64,000 nucleotides of DNA from Eledone cirrhosa (taxonomy: Eukaryota): the NCBI GenBank assembly GCA_964016885.1, contig OZ024742.1, positions 167,090,001-167,154,000 on the forward strand, in the 5' to 3' direction. The translations under genes were made by a program, and so were the position numbers. Below are positions 24,630 through 38,639 of this stretch, piece by piece; the first letter of the stretch is position 1, and the number at the start of each line of letters is the position of its first letter. The notes under the pieces were generated by a model. That model was not told the DNA's origin. It saw only the letters and a program-made list of their open reading frames with translations, and did not search any database.

Positions 24630-27600
24630 GGAGATAATTTGTAAAAAAAAATCAGGGGGAGATAATTTGTAAAAAAAAATCAGGGGGAGATAATTTGTAA
24701 AAAAAATCAAGGGGAGATAATTTCCAGCCGTCCAAGGGGAGATAATTTTCAGCCGTCCAAGGGGAGATAATTTCCAGCCGTCCAAGGGGAGATAATTTGA
24801 AAAAAAAATCAGGCGGAGATAATTTGTAAAAAAAATCAAGGGGAGATAATTTGCAACCGTCCAAGGGGACATAATTTTCAGTCGTCCAAGGAGAGGTAAT
24901 TTCTAGCCGTACAAGGGGAGATAATTTCCAGCCGTCCAAGGGGAGATAATTTCCAGCCGTCCAAGGGGAGATAATTTTTTTTTAAAAATCAGGCGGAGAT
25001 AATTTGTAAAAAAAAAATCAGGGGGAGATAATTTGTAAAAAAAAATCAGGGGGAGATAATTTGTAAAAAAAATCAGGGGGAGATAATTTGTAAAAAAAAT
25101 CAAGGGGAGATAATTTCCAGCCGTCCAAGGGAAGATAATTTCCAGCCCTCCAAGGGGCTATAATTTCCAGCGTCCAAGGGGAGATAATTTCCAGCCAGCG
25201 AAGGGGAGATAATTGTTTTAAAAAAATCATTGGGAGATTTGTAAAAAAAATCAGGGGGAGATAATTAATAAAAAAAGTCAAGGGGAGATAATTTCCAGCC
25301 GCCCAAGGGGAGGTAATATCTAGCCGTCCAAGGGGAGATAATTTCCAGCCGTCCAAGGGGAGATAATTTCCAGCCGTCCAAGGGTAGATAATATCCAGCC
25401 GTCCAAGGAGACATATTTTCCAGCCGTCCAAGGAGAGGTAATTTCTAGCCGACCAAGGGGAGATAAATTCCAGCCTCCAAGGGGAGATAATTTCCAGCCA
25501 GCCAAGGGGAGATAATTTGTAAAAAAATCAGGGGGAGATAATTTGTAAAAAAAATCAGGGGTAGATAATTTGTAAAAAAAAATCAGGGGGAGATAATTTG
25601 TAAAAAAAAATCAGGGGGAGATAATTTGTAAAAAAAATCAAGGGGAGAAAATTTCCAGCCGTCCAAGGAGAGATAATTTTTAAAAAAAATCAGGCGGAGA
25701 TAATTTGTAAAAAAAAATCAGGGGGAGATAATTTGTAAAAAAAAATCAGGGGGAGATAATTTGTAAAAAAAATCAAGGGGAGATAATTTCCAGCCGTCCA
25801 AGGGGAGATAATTTCCAGCCGTCCAAGGGGAAATAATTTTTTTAAAAAAATCAGGCGGAGATAATTTGTAAAAAAAATCAGGGGGAGATAATTTGTAAAA
25901 AAAAATCAGGGGGAGATAATTTGTAAAAAAAAATCAGGGGGAGATAATTTCCAGCCGTCCAAGGTAAGATAATTTCCAGCCCTCCAAGGGGCTATAATTT
26001 CCAGCATCCAAGGGGAGATAATTTCCAGCCGTCCAAGGGTAGATAATATCCAGCCGTCCAAGTAGACATATTTTCCAGCCGTCCAAGGAGAGGTAATTTC
26101 TAGCCGTCCAAGGGGAGATAAATTCCAGCCTCCAAAGGTAGATAATTTCCAGCCAGCCAAGGGGAGATAATTTGTAAAAAAATCAGGGGGAGATAATTTG
26201 TAAAAAAAATCAGGGGGAGATAATTTGTAAAAAAAAATCAGGGGGAGATAATTTGTAAAAAAAAATCAGGGGGAGATAATTTGTAAAAAAAAATCAGGGG
26301 GAGATAATTTGTAAAAAAAATCAAGGGGAGATAATTTCCAGCCGTCCAAGGGGAGATAATTTTCAGCCGTCCAAGGGGAGATAATTTCCAGCCGTCCAAG
26401 GGGAGATAATTTCCATCCTTCCAAGGGGAGATAATTTCCAGCCGTCCAAGGGGAGATAATTTTCAGTCGTCCAAGGGGAGATAATTTCCCGCCAGCCAAG
26501 GGAAGATAATATTTTAAAAAATCAGGCGGAGATAATTTGTAAAAAAAATCAGGGGGAGATAATTTGTAAAAAAATCAGGGGGAGATAATTTGTAAAAAAA
26601 AAATCAGGGGGAGATAATTTGTAAAAAAAATCAGGGGGAGATAATTTGTAAAAAAAAAATCAGGGGTAGATAATTTGTAAAAAAAAATCAGGGGGAGATA
26701 ATTTGTAAAAAAAAAATCAGGGGGAGATAATTTGTAAAAAAAATCAGGGGGAGATAATTTGTAAAAAAAAATCAGGGGGAGATAATTTCCAGCCGTCCAA
26801 GGGGAGATAATTTTCAGCCGTCCAAGGGGAGATAATTTCCCGCCAGCCAAGGGAAGATAATATTTAAAAAAATCAGGCGGAGATAATTTGTAAAAAAAAT
26901 CAGGGGGAGATAATTTGTAAAAAAATCAGGGGGAGATAATTTGTAAAAAAAATCAAGGGGAGATAATTTCCAGCCGTCCAAGGGGAGGTAATATCTAGCC
27001 GTCCAAGGGGAGATAATTTCCAGCCGTCCAAGAGGAGATAATTTCCAGCCGTCCAAGGGTAGATAATATCCAGCCGTCCAAGGAGACATATTTTCCAGCC
27101 GTCCAAGGAGAGGTAATTTCTAGCCGTCCAAGGGGAGATAAATTCCAGCCTCCAAAGGGAGATAATTTCCAGCCAGCCAAGGGGAGATAATTTGTAAAAA
27201 AAATCAAGGGGAGATAATTTGTAAAAAAAATCAGGGGGAGATAATTTGTAAAAAAAAATCAGGGGGAGATAATTTGTAAAAAAAATCAGGGGGAGATAAT
27301 TTGTAAAAAAAAATCAAGGGGAGATAATTTCCAGCCGTCCAAGGGGAGATAATTTCCCGCCAGCCAAGGGAAGATAATATTTAAAAAATCAGGCGGAGAT
27401 AATTTGTAAAAAAAATCAGGGGGAGATAATTTGTAAAAAAATCAGGGGGAGATAATTTGTAAAAAAAAAATCAGGGGGAGATAATTTGTAAAAGAAATCA
27501 GGGGGAGATGATTTGTAAAAAAAAATCAGGGGTAGATAAATTGTAAAAAAAAATCAGGGGGAGATAATTTGTAAAAAAAAATCAGGGGGAGATAATTTGT

Positions 27601-30600
27601 AAAAAAAAATCAGTGGGAGATAATTTGTAAAAAAATCAAGGGGAGATAATATGCAGCCGTCCAAGGGGAGATAATTTTCAGCCGTCCAAGGAGAGTTAAT
27701 TTCTAGCCGTCCAAGGGGAGATAATTTCCAGCCGTCCAAGGGGAGATAATTTCCAGCCGTCCAAGGGGAGATAGTTTTTTTAAAAAAATCAGGCGGAGAT
27801 AATTTGTAAAAAAAAAATCAGGGGGAGATAATTTGTAAAAAAAAATCAGGGGGAGATAATTTGTAAAAAAAAATCAAGGGGAGATAATTTGTAAAAAAAA
27901 TCAGGGGGAGATAATTAGTAAAAAAATCAAGGGGAGATAATTTCCAGCCGTCCAAGGGGAGGTAATATCTAGCCGTCCAAGGGGAGATAATTTCCAGCCG
28001 TCCAAGGGGAGATAATTTCCAGCCGTCCAAGGGTAGATAATATCCAGCCGTCCAAGTAGACATATTTTCCAGCCGTCCAAGGAGAGGTAATTTCTAGCCG
28101 TCCAAGGGGAGATAAATTCTAGCCTCCAAGGGGAGATAATTTCCAGCCAGCCAAGGGGAGATAATTTGTAAAAAAATCAGGGGGAGATAATTTGTAAAAA
28201 AAATCAGGGGGAGATAATTTGTAAAAAAAAATCAGGGGGAGATAATTTGTAAAAAAAATCAGGGGGAGATAATTTGTAAAAAAAAATCAGGGGGAGATAA
28301 TTTGTAAAAAAAATCAAGGGGAGATAATTTCCAGCCGTCCAAGGGGAGATAATTTCCAGCCGTCCAAGGGGAGGTAATATCTAGCCGTCCAAGGGGAGAT
28401 AATTTCCAGCCGTCCAAGAGGAGATAATTTCCAGCCGTCCAAGGGAAGATAATTTCAAGCCCTCCAAGGGGCTATAATTTCCAGTGTCCAAGGGGAGATA
28501 ATTTCCAGCCAGCGAAGGGGAGATAATTTTTTTTTAAAAATCAGGGGGAGATTTGTAAAAAAAATCAGGGGGAGATAATTTGTAAAAAAAATCAAGGGGA
28601 GATAATTTCCAGCCGTCGAAGGGAAGATAATTTCCAGCCCTCCAAGGGGCTATAATTTCCAGCGTCCAAGGGGAGATAATTTCCAGCCAGCGAAGGGGAG
28701 ATAATTTTTTTTAAAAAATCATTGGGAGATTTGTAAAAAAAATCAGGGAGAGACAATTTGTAAAAAAAATCAAGGGGAGATAATTTCCAGCCGTCCAAGG
28801 GGAGGTAATATCTAGCCGTCCAAGGGGAGATAATTTCCAGCCGTCCAAGGGGAGATAATTTCCAGCCGTCCAAGGGTAGATAATATCCAGCCGTCCAAGT
28901 AGACATTTTCCAGCCGTCCAAGGAGAGGTAATTTCTAGCCGTCCAAGGGGAGATAAATTCCAGCCTCCAAGGGGAGATAATTTCCAGCCAGCCAAGGGGA
29001 GATAATTTGTAAAAAAAATCAGGGGGAGATAATTTGTAAAAAAAAATCAGGGGGAGATAATTTGTAAAAAAAAATCAGGGGGAGATAATTTGTAAAAAAA
29101 AATCAGGGGGAGATAATTTGTAAAAAAAATCAAGGGGAGATAATTTCCAGCCGTCCAAGGGGAGATAATTTTCAGCCGTCCAAGGGGAGATAATTTCCAG
29201 CCGTCCAAGGGGAGATAATTTCCATCCTTCCAAGGGGAGATAATTTCCAGCCGTCCAAGGGGAGATAATTTCCCGCCAACCAAGGGAAGATAATTTTTAA
29301 AAAAATCAGGCGGAGATTGTAAAAAAAATCAGGGGGAGATAATTTGTAAAAAAAAAATCAGGGGGAGATAATTTGTAAAAAAAATCAGGGGGAGATAATT
29401 TGTAAAAAAAAATCAAGGGGAGATAATTTGTACAAAAAATCAGGGGTATATAATTTGTAAAAAAAAATCAGGGGGAGATAATTTGTAAAAAAAAATCAGG
29501 GGGAGATAATTTGTAAAAAAAATCAAGGGGAGATAATTTGCAGCCGTCCAAGGGGAGATAATTTTCAGCCGTCCAAGGAGAGGTAATTTCTAGTCGTCCA
29601 AGGTGAGATAATATCCAGCCGTCCAAGGGGAGATAATTTCCAGCCGTCCAAGGGGAGATAATTTTTTAAAAAAAACAGGCGAAGATAATTTGTAAAAAAA
29701 AAATCAGGGGGAGATAATTTGTAAAAAAAAATCAGGGGGAGATAATTTGTAAAAAAAAATCAGGGGGAGGTAATTTGTGAAAAAAAATCAAGGGGAGATA
29801 ATTTCCAGCCGTCCAAGGGAAGATAATTTCCAGCCCTCCAAGGGGCTATAATTTACAGCGTCCAAGGGGAGATAATTTCCAGCCAGCGAAGGGGAGATAA
29901 TTTTTTTTTTTTTAAATCAGGGGGAGATAATTTGTAAAAAAAAATCAGGGGGAGATAATTTCCAGCCGTCCAAGGGGAGATAATTTTCAGCCGTCCAAGG
30001 GGAGATAATTTTCAGCCGTCCAAGGGGAGATAATTTCCCGCCAGCCAAGGAAAGATAATATTTAAAAAAATCAGGCGGAGATAATTTGTAAAAAAAAATC
30101 AGGGGGAGATAATTTGTAAAAAAAATCAATTGGAGATAATTTCCAGCCGTCCAAGGGGAGATAATTTTCAGCCGTCCAAGGAGAGGTAATTTCTAGACGT
30201 CCAAGGGGAGATAATTTCCAGCCGTCCAAGGGGAGATAATTTCCAGCCGTCCAAGGGTAGATAATATCCAGCCGTCCAAGGAGACATATTTTCCAGCTTT
30301 CCAAGGAGAGGTAATTTCTAGCCGTCCAAGGGGAGATAAATTCCAGCCTCCAAGGGGAGATAATTTCCAGCCAGCCAAGGGGAGATAATTTGTAAAAAAA
30401 TCAGGGGGAGATAATTTGTAAAAAAAAATCAGGGGCAGATAATTTGTAAAAAAAATCAGGGGGAGATAATTTGTAAAAAATATCAGGGGGAGATAATTTG
30501 TAAAAAAAATCAAGGGGAGATAATTTCCAGCCGTCCAAGGGGAGATAATTTTCAGCCGTCCAAGGGGAGATAATTTCCCGCCAGCCAAGGGAAGATAATA

Positions 30601-30950
30601 TTTAAAAAATAAGGCGGAGATAATTTGTAAAAAAAATCAGGGGGAGATAATTTGTAAAAAAATCAGGGGGAGATAATTTGTAAAAAAAAATCAGGGAGAG
30701 ATAATTTGTAAAAAAAATCAGGGGGAGATAATTTGTAAAAAAAAATCAGGGGTAGATAATTTGTAAAAAAAAATCAGGGGGAGATAATTTGTAAAAAAAA
30801 TCAGGGGGAGATAATTTGTAAAAAAAATCAAGGGGAGATAATTTCCAGCCGTCCAAGGGAAGATAATTTCAAGCCCTCCAAGGGGCTATAATTTCCAGTG
30901 TCCAAGGGGAGATAATTTCCAGCCAGCGAAGGGGAGATAATTTTTTTTTT
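24630..30950 (+). repeat. About 6.3-kb block, copy 1 (copy 2 at about 57700-64000)
   Basis: ORF pairs at offset 33077/33076 (24624/57701 to 28592/61668), then 33049 after loss of one 27-bp monomer (29047/62096 to 30193/63242). Confidence 0.92.
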
Positions 30951-31480
30951 TAAATCAGTGGGAGATTTGTACAAAAAATCAGGGGGAGATAATTTGTAAA
31001 AAAAATCAAAGGGAGATAATTTCCAGCCGTCCAAAGAGAGATAATTTCTAGCCGTCCAAGGGGAGATAATTTCGAGCCAAGGGGAGATAATTTCCAGCCG
31101 TCCAAGGGGAGATAATTTTTTAAAAAATCAGGTGGAGATAATTTGTAAAAAAAATCAGGGGGAGATAATTTGTAAAAACAAAATCAAGGGCAGATAATTT
31201 CCAGCTGTCCAAGGGGAGATAATTTCCAGCCGTGCAAGGGGAGATAATTTCCAGCCGTCCAAGGGGAGATAATTTCCATCCTTCCAAGGGGAGATAATTT
31301 CCAGCCTTCCAAGGGGAGATAATTTCCCGCCAGCCAAGGGAAGATAATTTTTTAAAAAATCAGGCGGAGATTGTAAAAAAAATCAGGGGGAGATAATTTG
31401 TAAAAAAATCAGGGGGAGATAATTTGTAAAAAAATCAAGGGGAGATAATTTCCAGCTGTCCAAGGGGAGGTAATATCTAG
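27880..31480 (+). repeat. About 3.6-kb block matching about 2560-6130
   Basis: ORF pairs at offsets 25318 then 25346/25345 (3274/28592, 3701/29047, 4571/29917, 5810/31155). Confidence 0.88.
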
Positions 31481-33400
31481 CCGTCCAAGGGGAGGTAATA
31501 TCTAGCCGTCAAGGGGAGATAATTTCCAGCCGTCCAAGGGTAGATAATATCCAGCCGTCCAAGGAGACATATTTTCCAGCCGTCCAAGGAGAGGTAATTT
31601 CTAGCCGTCCAAGTGGAGATAAATTCCAGCCTCCAAGGGGAGATAATTTCCAGCCAGCCAAGGGGAGATAATTTGTAAAAAATTCAGGGGGAGATAATTT
31701 GTAAAAAAAATCAGGGGGAGATAATTTGTAAAAAAAAATCAGGGGGAGATAATTTGTAAAAAAAATCAGGGGGAGATAATTTGTAAAAAAAATCAAGGGG
31801 AGATAATTTCCAGCCGTCCAAGGAGAGATAATTTAAAAAAAAAATCAGGCGGAGATAATTTGTAAAAAAAAATCAGGGGGAGATAATTTGTAAAAAAAAA
31901 TCAGGGGGAGATAATTTGTAAAAAAAATCAAGGGGAGATAATTTCCAGCCGTCCAAGGGGAGATAATTTTCAGCCGTCCAAGGGGAGATAATTTCCAGCC
32001 GTCCAAGGGGAGATAATTTAAAAAAAAAATCAGGCGGAGATAATTTGTAAAAAAAATCAAGGGGAGATAATTTGCAACCGTCCAAGGGGACATAATTTTC
32101 AGTCGTCCAAGGAGAGGTAATTTCTAGCCGTACAAGGGGAGATAATTTCCAGCCGTCCAAGGGGAGATAATTTCCAGCCGTCCAAGGGGAGATAATTTTT
32201 TTTTAAAAATCAGGGGGAGATAATTTGTAAAAAAAAATCAGGGGGAGATAATTTGTAAAAAAAAATCAGGGGGAGATAATTTGTAAAAAAAATCAAGGGG
32301 AGATAATTTCCAGCCGTCCAAGGGAAGATAATTTCCAGCCCTCCAAGGGGCTATAATTTCCAGCGTCCAAGGGGAGATAATTTCCAGCCAGCGAAGGGGA
32401 GATAATTGTTTTAAAAAAATCATTGGGAGATTTGTAAAAAAAATCAGGGGGAGATAATTAATAAAAAAAATCAAGGGGAGATAATTTCCAGCCGTCCAAG
32501 GGGAGGTAATATCTAGCCGTCCAAGGGGAGATAATTTCCAGCCGTCCAAGGGAGATAATTTCCAGCCGTCCAAGGGTAGATAATATCCAGCCGTCCAAGG
32601 AGACATATTTTCCAGCCGTCCAAGGAGAGGTAATTTCTAGCCGTCCAAGGGGAGATAAATTCCAGCCTCCAAGGGGAGATAATTTCCAGCCAGCCAAGGG
32701 GAGATAATTTGTAAAAAAATCAGGGGGAGATAATTTGTAAAATAAATCAGGGGTAGATAATTTGTAAAAAAAAATCAGGGGGAGATAATTTGTAAAAAAA
32801 AATCAGGGGGAGATAATATGTAAAAAAAATCAAGGGGAGATAATTTCCAGCCGTCCAAGGAGAGATAATTTAAAAAAAAAAATCAGGCGGAGATAATTTG
32901 TAAAAAAAAATCAGGGGGAGATAATTTGTAAAAAAAAATCAGGGGGAGATAATTTGTAAAAAAAATCAAGGGGAGATAATTTCCAGCCGTCCAAGGGGAG
33001 ATAATTTCCAGCCGTCCAAGGGGAAATAATTTTTTTAAAAAAATCAGGCGGAGATAATTTGTAAAAAAAATCAGGGGGAGATAATTTGTAAAAAAAAATC
33101 AGGGGGAGATAATTTGTAAAAAAAAAATCAGGGGGAGATAATTTCCAGCCGTCCAAGGTAAGATAATTTCCAGCCCTCCAAGGGGCTATAATTTCCAGCA
33201 TCCAAGGGGAGATAATTTCCAGCCGTCCAATGGTAGATAATATCCAGCCGTCCAAGTAGACATTTTCCAGCCGTCCAACGAGATGTAATTTCTAGCCGTC
33301 CAAGGGGAGATAAATTCCAGCCTCCAAGGGGAGATAATTTCCAGCCAGCCAAGGGGAGATAATTTGTAAAAAAATCAGGGGGAGATAATTTGTAAAAAAA
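29740..33400 (+). repeat. About 3.6-kb block duplicated at about 41490-45130
   Basis: ORF pairs at offset 11751/11752 (29917/41668 to 31155/42907), then 11725/11724 (31845/43570 to 33128/44852). Confidence 0.9.
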
Positions 33401-36400
33401 ATCAGGGGGAGATAATTTGTAAAAACAAAATCAAGGGCAGATAATTTCCAGCTGTCCAAGGGGAGATAATTTCCAGCCGTGCAAGGGGAGATAATTTCCA
33501 GCCGTCCAAGGGGAGATAATTTCCATCCTTCCAAGGGGAGATAATCTCCAGCCGTCCAAGGGGAGATAATTTCCAGCCAGCCAAGGGAAGATAATTTTTA
33601 AAAAAATCAGGCGGAGATTGTAAAAAAAATCAGGGGGAGATAATTTGTAAAAAAATCAGGGGGAGATAATTTGTAAAAAAAAAATCAGGGGAGATAATTT
33701 GTAAAAAAAAATCAGGGGGAGATAATTTGTAAAAAAAAAATCAGGGGGAGATAATTTGTAAAAAATAATCAGGGGTAGATAATTTGTAAAAAAAAATCAG
33801 GGGGAGATAATTTGTAAAAAAAAATCAGGGGGAGATAATTTGTAAAAAAATCAACGGGAGATAATATGCAGCCGTCCAAGGGGAGATAATTTTCAGCCGT
33901 CCAAGGAGAGGTAATTTCTAGCCGTCCAAGGGGAGATAATTTCCAGCCGTCCAAGGGGAGATAATTTCAAGCCGTCCAAGGGGAGATAGTTTTTTTAAAA
34001 AAATCAGGCGGAGATAATTTGTAAAAAAAAAATCAGGGGGAGATAATTTGTAAAAAAAAATCAGGGGGAGATAATTTGTAAAAAAAATCAGGGGGAGATA
34101 ATTTGTAAAAAAAATCAAGGGGAGATAATTTCCAGCCGTCCAAGGGAAGATAATTTCAAGCTCTCCAAGGGGCTATAATTTCCAGTGTCCAAGGGGAGAT
34201 AATTTCCAGCCAGCGAAGGGGAGATATATCTTTTTTAAAAATCAGGGGGAGATTTGTAAAAAAAATCAGGGGGAGATAATTTGCAAAAAAAATCAAAGGG
34301 AGATAATTTCCAGCCGTCCAAAGAGAGATAATTTCTAGCCGTCCAAGGGGAGATAATTTCGAGCCAAGGGGAGATAATTTCCAGCCGTCCAAGGGGAGAT
34401 AATTTTTTAAAAAATCAGGTGGAGATAATTTGTAAAAAAAATCAGGGGGAGATAATTTGTAAAAACAAAATCAAGGGCAGATAATTTCCAGCTGTCCAAG
34501 GGGAGATAATTTCCAGCCGTGCAAGGGGAGATAATTTCCAGCCGTCCAAAGGGAGATAATTTCCATCCTTCCAAGGGGAGATAATTTCCAGCCGTCCAAG
34601 GGGAGATAATTTCCCGCCAGCCAAGAGAAGATAATTTTTTAAAAAATCAGGCGGAGATTGTAAAAAAAATCAGCGGGAGATAATTTGTAAAAAAATCAGG
34701 GGGAGATAATTTGTAAAAAAATCAAGGGGAGATAATTTCCAGCTCTCCAAGGGGAGGTAATATCTAGCCGTCCAAGGGGAGATAATTTCCAGCCGTCCAA
34801 GGGGAGATAATTTCCAGCCGTCCAAGGGTAGATAATATCCAGCCGTCCAAGGAGACATATTTTCCAGCCGTCCAAGGAGAGGTAATTTCTAGCCGTCCAA
34901 GTGGAGATAAATTCCAGCCTCCAAGGGGAGATAATTTCCAGCCAGCCAAGGGGAGATAATTTGTAAAAAAATCAGGGGGAGATAATTTGTAAAAAAAATC
35001 AGGGGGAGATAATTTGTACAAAAAATCAGGGGTAGATAATTTGTAAAAAAAATCAGGGGGAGATAATTTGTAAAAAAAATCAAGGGGAGATAATTTGCAG
35101 CCGTCCAAGGGGAGATAATTTTCAGCCGTCCAAGGAGAGGTAATTTCTAGCCGTCCAAGGTGAGATAATATCCAGCCGTCCAAGGGGAGATAATTTCCAG
35201 CCGTCCAAGGGGAGATAATTTTTAAAAAAAAACAGGCGGAGATAATTTGTAAAAAAAAAATCAGGGTGAGATAATTTGTAAAAAAAAATCAGGGGGAGAT
35301 AATTTGTAAAAAAAAATCAGGGGGAGGTAATTTATAAAAAAAATCAAGGGGAGATAATTTCCAGCCGTCCAAGGGAAGATAATTTCCAGCCCTCCAAGGG
35401 GCTATAATTTCCAGCGTCCAAGGGGAGATAATTTCCAGCCAGCGAAGGGGAGATAATTTTTTTTTTTTTAAATCAGGGGGACATAATTTGTAAAAAAAAT
35501 AAGGGGGAGATAATCTGTAAAAAAAATCAAGGGGAGATAATTTGTAAAAAAATCAGGGGGAGATAATTTGTAAAAAAAAATCAGGGGGAGATAATTTGTA
35601 AAAAAAATCAAGGGGAGATAATTTGTAAAAAAAATCAAGGGGAGATAATTTCCAGCCGTCCAAGGGGAGATAATTTTCAGCCGTCCAAGGGGAGATAATT
35701 TCCCGCCAGCCAAGGGAAGATAATATTTAAAAAAATCAGGCGGAGATAATTTGTAAAAAAAATCAGGGGGAGATAATTTGTAAAAAAATCAGGGGGAGAT
35801 AATTTGTAAAAAAAAAATCAGGGGGAGATTTGTAAAAAAAATCAGGGGGAGATAATTTGTAAAAAAAAATCAGGGGTAGATAATTTGTAAAAAAAAATCA
35901 GGGGGAGATAATTTGTAAAAAAAAATCAGGGGGAGATAATTTGTAAAAAAAAATCAATTGGAGATAATTTCCAGCCGTCCAAGGGGAGATAATTTTCAGC
36001 CGTCCAAGGAGAGGTAATTTCTAGACGTCCAAGGGGAGATAATTTCCAGCCGTCCAATGGGAGATAATTTCCAGCCGTCCAAGGGGAGATAATTTTTAAA
36101 AAAAAATCAGGCGGAGATAATTTGTAAAAAAAATCTAGGGGAGATAATTTGCAGCCGTCCAAGGGGAGATAATTTTCAGTCGTCCAAGGAGAGGTAATTT
36201 CTAGCCGTCCAAGGGGAGATAATTTCCAGCCGTCAAAGGGGAGATAATTTCCAGCCGTCCAAGGGGAGATAATTTTTTTAAAAAAATCAGGCGGAGATAA
36301 TTTGTAAAAAAAATCAGGGGGAGATAATTTGTAAAAAAAAATCAGGGGGAGATAATTTGTAAAAAAAAATCAGGGGGAGATAATTTGTAAAAAAAATCAA

Positions 36401-37850
36401 GGAGAGATAATTTCCAGCCGTCCAAGGGAAGATAATTTCAAGCCCTCCAAGGGGCTATAATTTCCAGTGTCCAAGGGGAGATAATTTCCAGCCAGCGAAG
36501 GGGAGATAATTTTTTTTTAAAAATCAGGGGGAGATTTGTAAAAAAAATCAAGGGGAGATAATTTGTAAAAAAATCAGGGGGAGATAATTTGTAAAAAAAA
36601 AATCAGGGGGAGATAATTTGTAAAAAAAATCAGGGGGAGATAATTTGTAAAAAAAAATCAGGGGTAGATAATTTGTAAAAAAAAATCAGGGGGAGATAAT
36701 TTGTAAAAAAAAAATCAGGGGGAGATAATTTGTAAAAAAAATCAAGGGGAGATAATTTCCAGCCGTCCAAGGAGAGATAATTTTTAAAAAAAATCAGGCG
36801 GAGATAATTTGTAAAAAAAAATCAGGGGGAGATAATTTGTAAAAAAAATCAAGGGGAGATAATTTCCAGCCGTCCAAGGGAAGATAATTTCAAGCCCTCC
36901 AAGGGGCTATAATTTCCAGTGTCCAAGGGGAGATAATTTCCAGCCAGCGAAGGGGAGATAATTTTTTTAAAAAAATCAGGGGGAGATATGTAAAAAAAAT
37001 CAGAGGGAGATAATTTCTAAAAAAAATCAAAGGGAGATAATTTCCAGCCGTCCAAAGAGAGATAATTTCTAGCCGTCCAAGGGGAGATAATTTCCAGCCA
37101 AGGGGAGATAATTTCCAGCCGTCCAAAGGGGAGATAATTTTTTAAAAAATCAGGTGGAGATAATTTGTAAAAAAAATCAGGGGGAGATAATTTGTAAAAA
37201 CAAAATCAAGGGCAGATAATTTCCAGCTGTCCAAGGGGAGATAATTTCCAGCCGTGCAAGGGGAGATAATTTCCAGCCGTCCAAGGGGAGATAATTTCCA
37301 TCCTTCCAAGGGGAGATAATCTCCAGCCGTCCAAGGGGAGATAATTTCCCGCCAGCCAAGGGAAGATAATTTTTAAAAAAATCAGGCGGAGATTGTAAAA
37401 AAAATCAGGGGGAGATAATTTGTAAAAAAATCAGGGGGAGATAATTTGTAAAAAAAAAATCAGGGGAGATAATTTGTAAAAAAAAATCAGGGGGAGATAA
37501 TTTGTAAAAAAAAAATCAGGGGGAGATAATTTGTAAAAAATAATCAGGGGTAGATAATTTGTAAAAAAAAATCAGGGGGAGATAATTTGTAAAAAAAAAT
37601 CAGGGGGAGATAATTTGTAAAAAAATCAAGGGGAGATAATATGCAGCCGTCCAAGGGGAGATAATTTTCAGCCGTCCAAGGAGAGGTAATTTCTAGCCGT
37701 CCAAGGGGAGATAATTTCCAGCCGTCCAAGGGGAGATAATTTCAAGCCGTCCAAGGGGAGATAGTTTTTTTAAAAAAATCAGGCGGAGATAATTTGTAAA
37801 AAAAAAATCAGGGGGAGATAATTTGTAAAAAAAAATCAGGGGGAGATAAT
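33395..37850 (+). repeat. About 4.4-kb block matching about 51010-55465; its first 3.4 kb also matches about 12905-16330
   Basis: ORF offsets 20489 (12913/33402 to 14979/35468) and 17616/17615 (33402/51018, 36890/54505, 37544/55159). Confidence 0.9.
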
Positions 37851-38639
37851 TTGTAAAAAAAATCAAGGGGAGATAATTTCCAGCCGTCCAAGGGAAGATA
37901 ATTTCAAGCCCTCCAAGGGGCTATAATTTCCAGTGTCCAAGGGGAGATAATTTCCAGCCAGCGAAGGGGAGATATTTTTTTTTTAAAAATCAGGGGGAGA
38001 TATGTAAAAAAAATCAGAGGGAGATAATTTCTAAAAAAAATCAAAGGGAGATAATTTCCAGCCGTCCAAAGAGAGATAATTTCTAGCCGTCCAAGGGGAG
38101 ATAATTTCCAGCCAAGGGGAGATAATTTCCAGCCGTCCAAGGGGAGATAATTATTTAAAAAATCAGGGGGAGATAATTTGTAAAAACAAAATCAAGGGCA
38201 GATAATTTCCAGCTGTCCAAGGGGAGATAATTTCCAGCCGTGCAAGGGGAGATAATTTCCAGCCGTCCAAGGGGAGATAATTTCCATCCTTCCAAGGGGA
38301 GATAATTTCCAGCCGTCCAAGGGGAGATAATTTCCCGCCAGCCAAGGGAAGATAATTTTTTAAAAAATCAGGCGGAGATTGTAAAAAAAATCAGGGGGAG
38401 ATAATTTGTAAAAAAATCAGGGGGAGATAATTTGTAAAAAAAAAATCAGGGGAGATAATTTGTAAAAAAAAATCAGGGGGAGATAATTTGTAAAAAAAAA
38501 ATCAGGGGGAGATAATTTGTAAAAAAAATCAGGGGTAGATAATTTGTAAAAAAAAATCAGGGGGAGATAATTTGTAAAAAAAAATCAGTGGGAGATAATT
38601 TGTAAAAAAATCAAGGGGAGATAATTTCCAGCCGTCGAA

